From positions 41,770 to 105,769 of the forward strand of contig JAEOTR010000046.1 of assembly GCA_016839705.1 (NCBI GenBank): a DNA stretch of 64,000 nucleotides. The letters run 5' to 3'. This stretch comes from Promethearchaeota archaeon. GTDB taxonomy: Archaea; Asgardarchaeota; Lokiarchaeia; Sigyniarchaeales; SOKP01. The notes below the pieces were generated by a model. That model made no database searches and was not told the DNA's origin. It saw only the letters and a program-made list of their open reading frames with translations. A program made the position numbers and the translations under genes. Shown here one piece after another: positions 61,669 to 64,000 of this stretch (position 1 is the stretch's first letter; each line of letters starts with the position of its first letter).

Positions 61669-62100
61669 ATGGAAAAAAAAAATGAAGAGCCTTCAAAAGA
61701 AGAAGAAGATAATGATATACCAACACATCACAAAAAACCTGTTGCGAAGGATTTAGTCACTTTAAAACATGTAGAAACAAAAAAACAAGAAATAAGCCCA
61801 GAAACTCGTAGTCTTGCACAAACATTAAAAGAAAGTTATATTGAACACGATCAGTTTGAACGACTTTCAAATGATGAAATCACTATCCTTGAAACGTTTA
61901 TGGGGAAAAGATTGTTTTTAGAGAGAATTGCGATAATTGCTAACCAGTCTAGGGTACCCTTAGGGATACCTGGTTTTAAGAAAGCAGAATTAGAAAAGAT
62001 TCTTGAAGACTTAATTTCGAAAGGATATATTCAAGCTGAACTTGTTGGGGCTAAAAATGTGTATTTCCTTACGGAACGGGGAAAGTATCGTGTTCAATAA
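61669..62100 (+). CDS. Winged-helix protein with disordered N-terminus carrying an LKHVET motif
   Basis: C-terminal LEDLISKGYI...YFLTERG winged helix; charged low-complexity N-terminus. Confidence 0.7.
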   Translation: MEKKNEEPSKEEEDNDIPTHHKKPVAKDLVTLKHVETKKQEISPETRSLAQTLKESYIEHDQFERLSNDEITILETFMGKRLFLERIAIIANQSRVPLGIPGFKKAELEKILEDLISKGYIQAELVGAKNVYFLTERGKYRVQ

Positions 62101-62190
62101 TCTATCAAATAGTGATCCTTTTTTGGTATAATTTATCATCAGTTAAAGCTTATTAAATTTGATTAGTTTCAAATTTCTGAGGAAGATAAA

Positions 62191-63267
62191 TTGGTTGAAT
62201 TTATTGATATACTAAATTTAGTTATTCTTTCAATATCTTTAATTTTAATAATAGTTGCAGTCATTCTCTTAATCCTTAATTTTCTTGCGAATAAACATAT
62301 TCATATGCTTTATTTAATGATAGCATGGATTTCCTTATTGATTAATAATATCTTCTATATGATTTCTTATGTTTTTTTATATTCAAACACTTTAGCGTTT
62401 ATTGATAACTTTTTTGCTATATTTGGTTCGCTTTTTATAGTAATCTTTGGGGAATCTATTTCAAGAAAAACGCCAAGTATTAAAAAATTAATCTGGTTTT
62501 CGATTTTTATCGGATTGTATTCTTATAGTTCATTTCTTAACTATATTATTTATCCTCTGGCTTCAATTCCAGAAAATATCGTCGCTCTTAATACAACTAT
62601 TCAAGTTTATAGTTTTTTAATTTTAATGTTAACAGGGAGTTTTTTAATGCCTTTTTATTTATTTAAAATTTATAGATTTGCTCCCAGAAAACTGAAAAAT
62701 GATACATTCATATCATTTATTGGGGGAATTGTTTTTGGTATAATCGCACCGATATTGCTTATTAGCTTACGGGAAGCAAGTACTTTATTCATTCTATCCA
62801 GCTCAGTCGGGATGTTAATAATAGTTTCAGCAATTTTTATTAAAAATCCAAAATTAGCGTTTATTTTACCTTTCAAAGTTATGAGATTAAGTGTGATTTA
62901 TTCAGATCGTGGTACTCTGTTATTCTCCCATAATTGGAAATCTGGGAGAGAAATAAAAGGTGATGATCTTTTTTCTGCGATGTTTCAAGGAATTATTATG
63001 ATCTTAAGAGAATCCTTAGGAAAAGGAGATCTGCAAGAAATAAATTTGGAGAAAGCTATCGTTATAGCTCACAAAAGTACGCAATTTCCTCTTGTCTATA
63101 TTTTAATTGCTACAAGTACTTCCAAATCTCTAAAAAATGGTTTGAATATGTTTGTCAAACGTTTTGAAACGAAATTTAATCATGAAATAGATAAAGCTAT
63201 CATTTCCGGTCGAGTTTTACCTGCATCTGAGATTATATCAGATACTTTTTCTTTTTTACCTGATTGA
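62191..63267 (+). CDS. About 7-TM membrane protein with C-terminal longin-like cytoplasmic domain
   Basis: Seven hydrophobic segments, then RLSVI...GTLLFSH.W...DLFSAMFQGI..ILRESL. Confidence 0.65.
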   Translation: MVEFIDILNLVILSISLILIIVAVILLILNFLANKHIHMLYLMIAWISLLINNIFYMISYVFLYSNTLAFIDNFFAIFGSLFIVIFGESISRKTPSIKKLIWFSIFIGLYSYSSFLNYIIYPLASIPENIVALNTTIQVYSFLILMLTGSFLMPFYLFKIYRFAPRKLKNDTFISFIGGIVFGIIAPILLISLREASTLFILSSSVGMLIIVSAIFIKNPKLAFILPFKVMRLSVIYSDRGTLLFSHNWKSGREIKGDDLFSAMFQGIIMILRESLGKGDLQEINLEKAIVIAHKSTQFPLVYILIATSTSKSLKNGLNMFVKRFETKFNHEIDKAIISGRVLPASEIISDTFSFLPD

Positions 63268-63388
63268 TCTACTAAAAGAATTTACATTCTGACAATATTG
63301 ATTAAATTCTAAATTTAATAATAATAATAATATTTACGATACCTTGAAGCTGAAGAGCTTAGAGATTCAAAAAAAAGTGGTAGTAATA

Positions 63389-63691
63389 TTACTCTTTTTT
63401 TAGGATTAGTCTGTGTATAGGGATATCTTGAAATTCGCCACTCGGATTGTCTCTTCTAATAGTTAATGGCAGGATTCCCGCTCTCAATTCCAGCATCGCT
63501 AGTTTGATGGGGTCTATTATCTCTGTAGGTTTCTCGATTAACAAAGGTGCACCAAAACTCAATTGTAACGCACGAGCTCCCACGATCCTTGCCTTCTCGT
63601 ATCTTGTCAAAAAGATCGGTCCAATTTTAACATACTCTCTGACTTTTTTATAGAGTTCACGTAATTCTCGAGATTCTAAAAAACTAGACAC
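63389..63691 (-). CDS. rpo6: RNA polymerase subunit Rpo6 (K)
   Basis: LTRYEKARIVGARALQL.GAP, DPI.LA..EL, PLTIRR. Confidence 0.95.
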   Translation of the reverse strand: MSSFLESRELRELYKKVREYVKIGPIFLTRYEKARIVGARALQLSFGAPLLIEKPTEIIDPIKLAMLELRAGILPLTIRRDNPSGEFQDIPIHRLILKKE

Positions 63692-63779
63692 GGTTCAAAA
63701 AACCAAGAAGTAAGTAATTAGATTTTAAAAATGTATTATATCATATAACTTTTTCGAATTTTCTAATGTATGAAGTGAA

Positions 63780-63914
63780 TGCGCGAGGAGGGAAGTATTC
63801 AAGCCGAAATAGGTTTTCGGAATTTTGAACCCCCGACCATCGAGACTTACATTTTGAATCAATGTAAATTTACACGGTGTGAGCGTGTCGTTATAGCCAC
63901 TAAACCACTCGCGC
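63780..63914 (-). tRNA. tRNA-Val(CAC) with two non-canonical introns (63839-63870 and 63795-63824)
   Basis: Acceptor GCGCGAG/CTCGCGC plus A73; anticodon arm ACACG-CTCACAC-CGTGT; removing 32-nt and 30-nt inserts gives variable loop AGGTC, T arm GGGGG-TTCAATT-CCCTC and a 73-nt tRNA; CCA not encoded. Confidence 0.9.
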
Positions 63915-64000
63915 TAATTTCAATATAAGTATAATGGAAAGTGTGAATTAAACTTTACTGTATTCAAATTTTAAATTTAATTTATTAAATTATTAGTAAA

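Noticed and set aside
1681-63653. Numerous short antisense or nested ORFs in the track (e.g. 7821-8318, 32907-33320, 41952-42518, 45074-45556, 53142-53540)
   Set aside because: They are shadows of well-supported genes on the opposite strand or in another frame, with no motifs of their own.

Overview
AT-rich chromosomal window from an Asgard archaeon, most likely Lokiarchaeia. The assignment rests on a Lokiactin, several Rab-like small GTPases, roadblock/longin fusions, a gelsolin-like domain, and archaeal TyrRS, EF-1beta, Alba and Rpo6. Core content: a Por operon split by two PAS histidine kinases, IorAB, mutS/mutL, a 12.7-kb Hdr-FrhB-MvhD-Flx cluster, and a lokiactin neighbourhood. The strongest signals not explained by the ORF track are: (1) a ~200-bp diverged direct repeat of the tyrS 5' end and promoter (about 20390-20596 and 27279-27486) that brackets a giant surface-receptor-like protein and a roadblock-GTPase fusion, which looks like an integrated signalling island; (2) a tRNA-Val(CAC) gene with two non-canonical BHB introns (44/45 and 58/59); (3) candidate actin regulators, namely a beta-thymosin/WH2-like LKHVET motif fused to a winged helix and a gelsolin-like domain fused to 4 TM helices. 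No CRISPR array, rRNA, transposase or integrase was recognised. All family calls come from motif recognition by eye, not from database searches.
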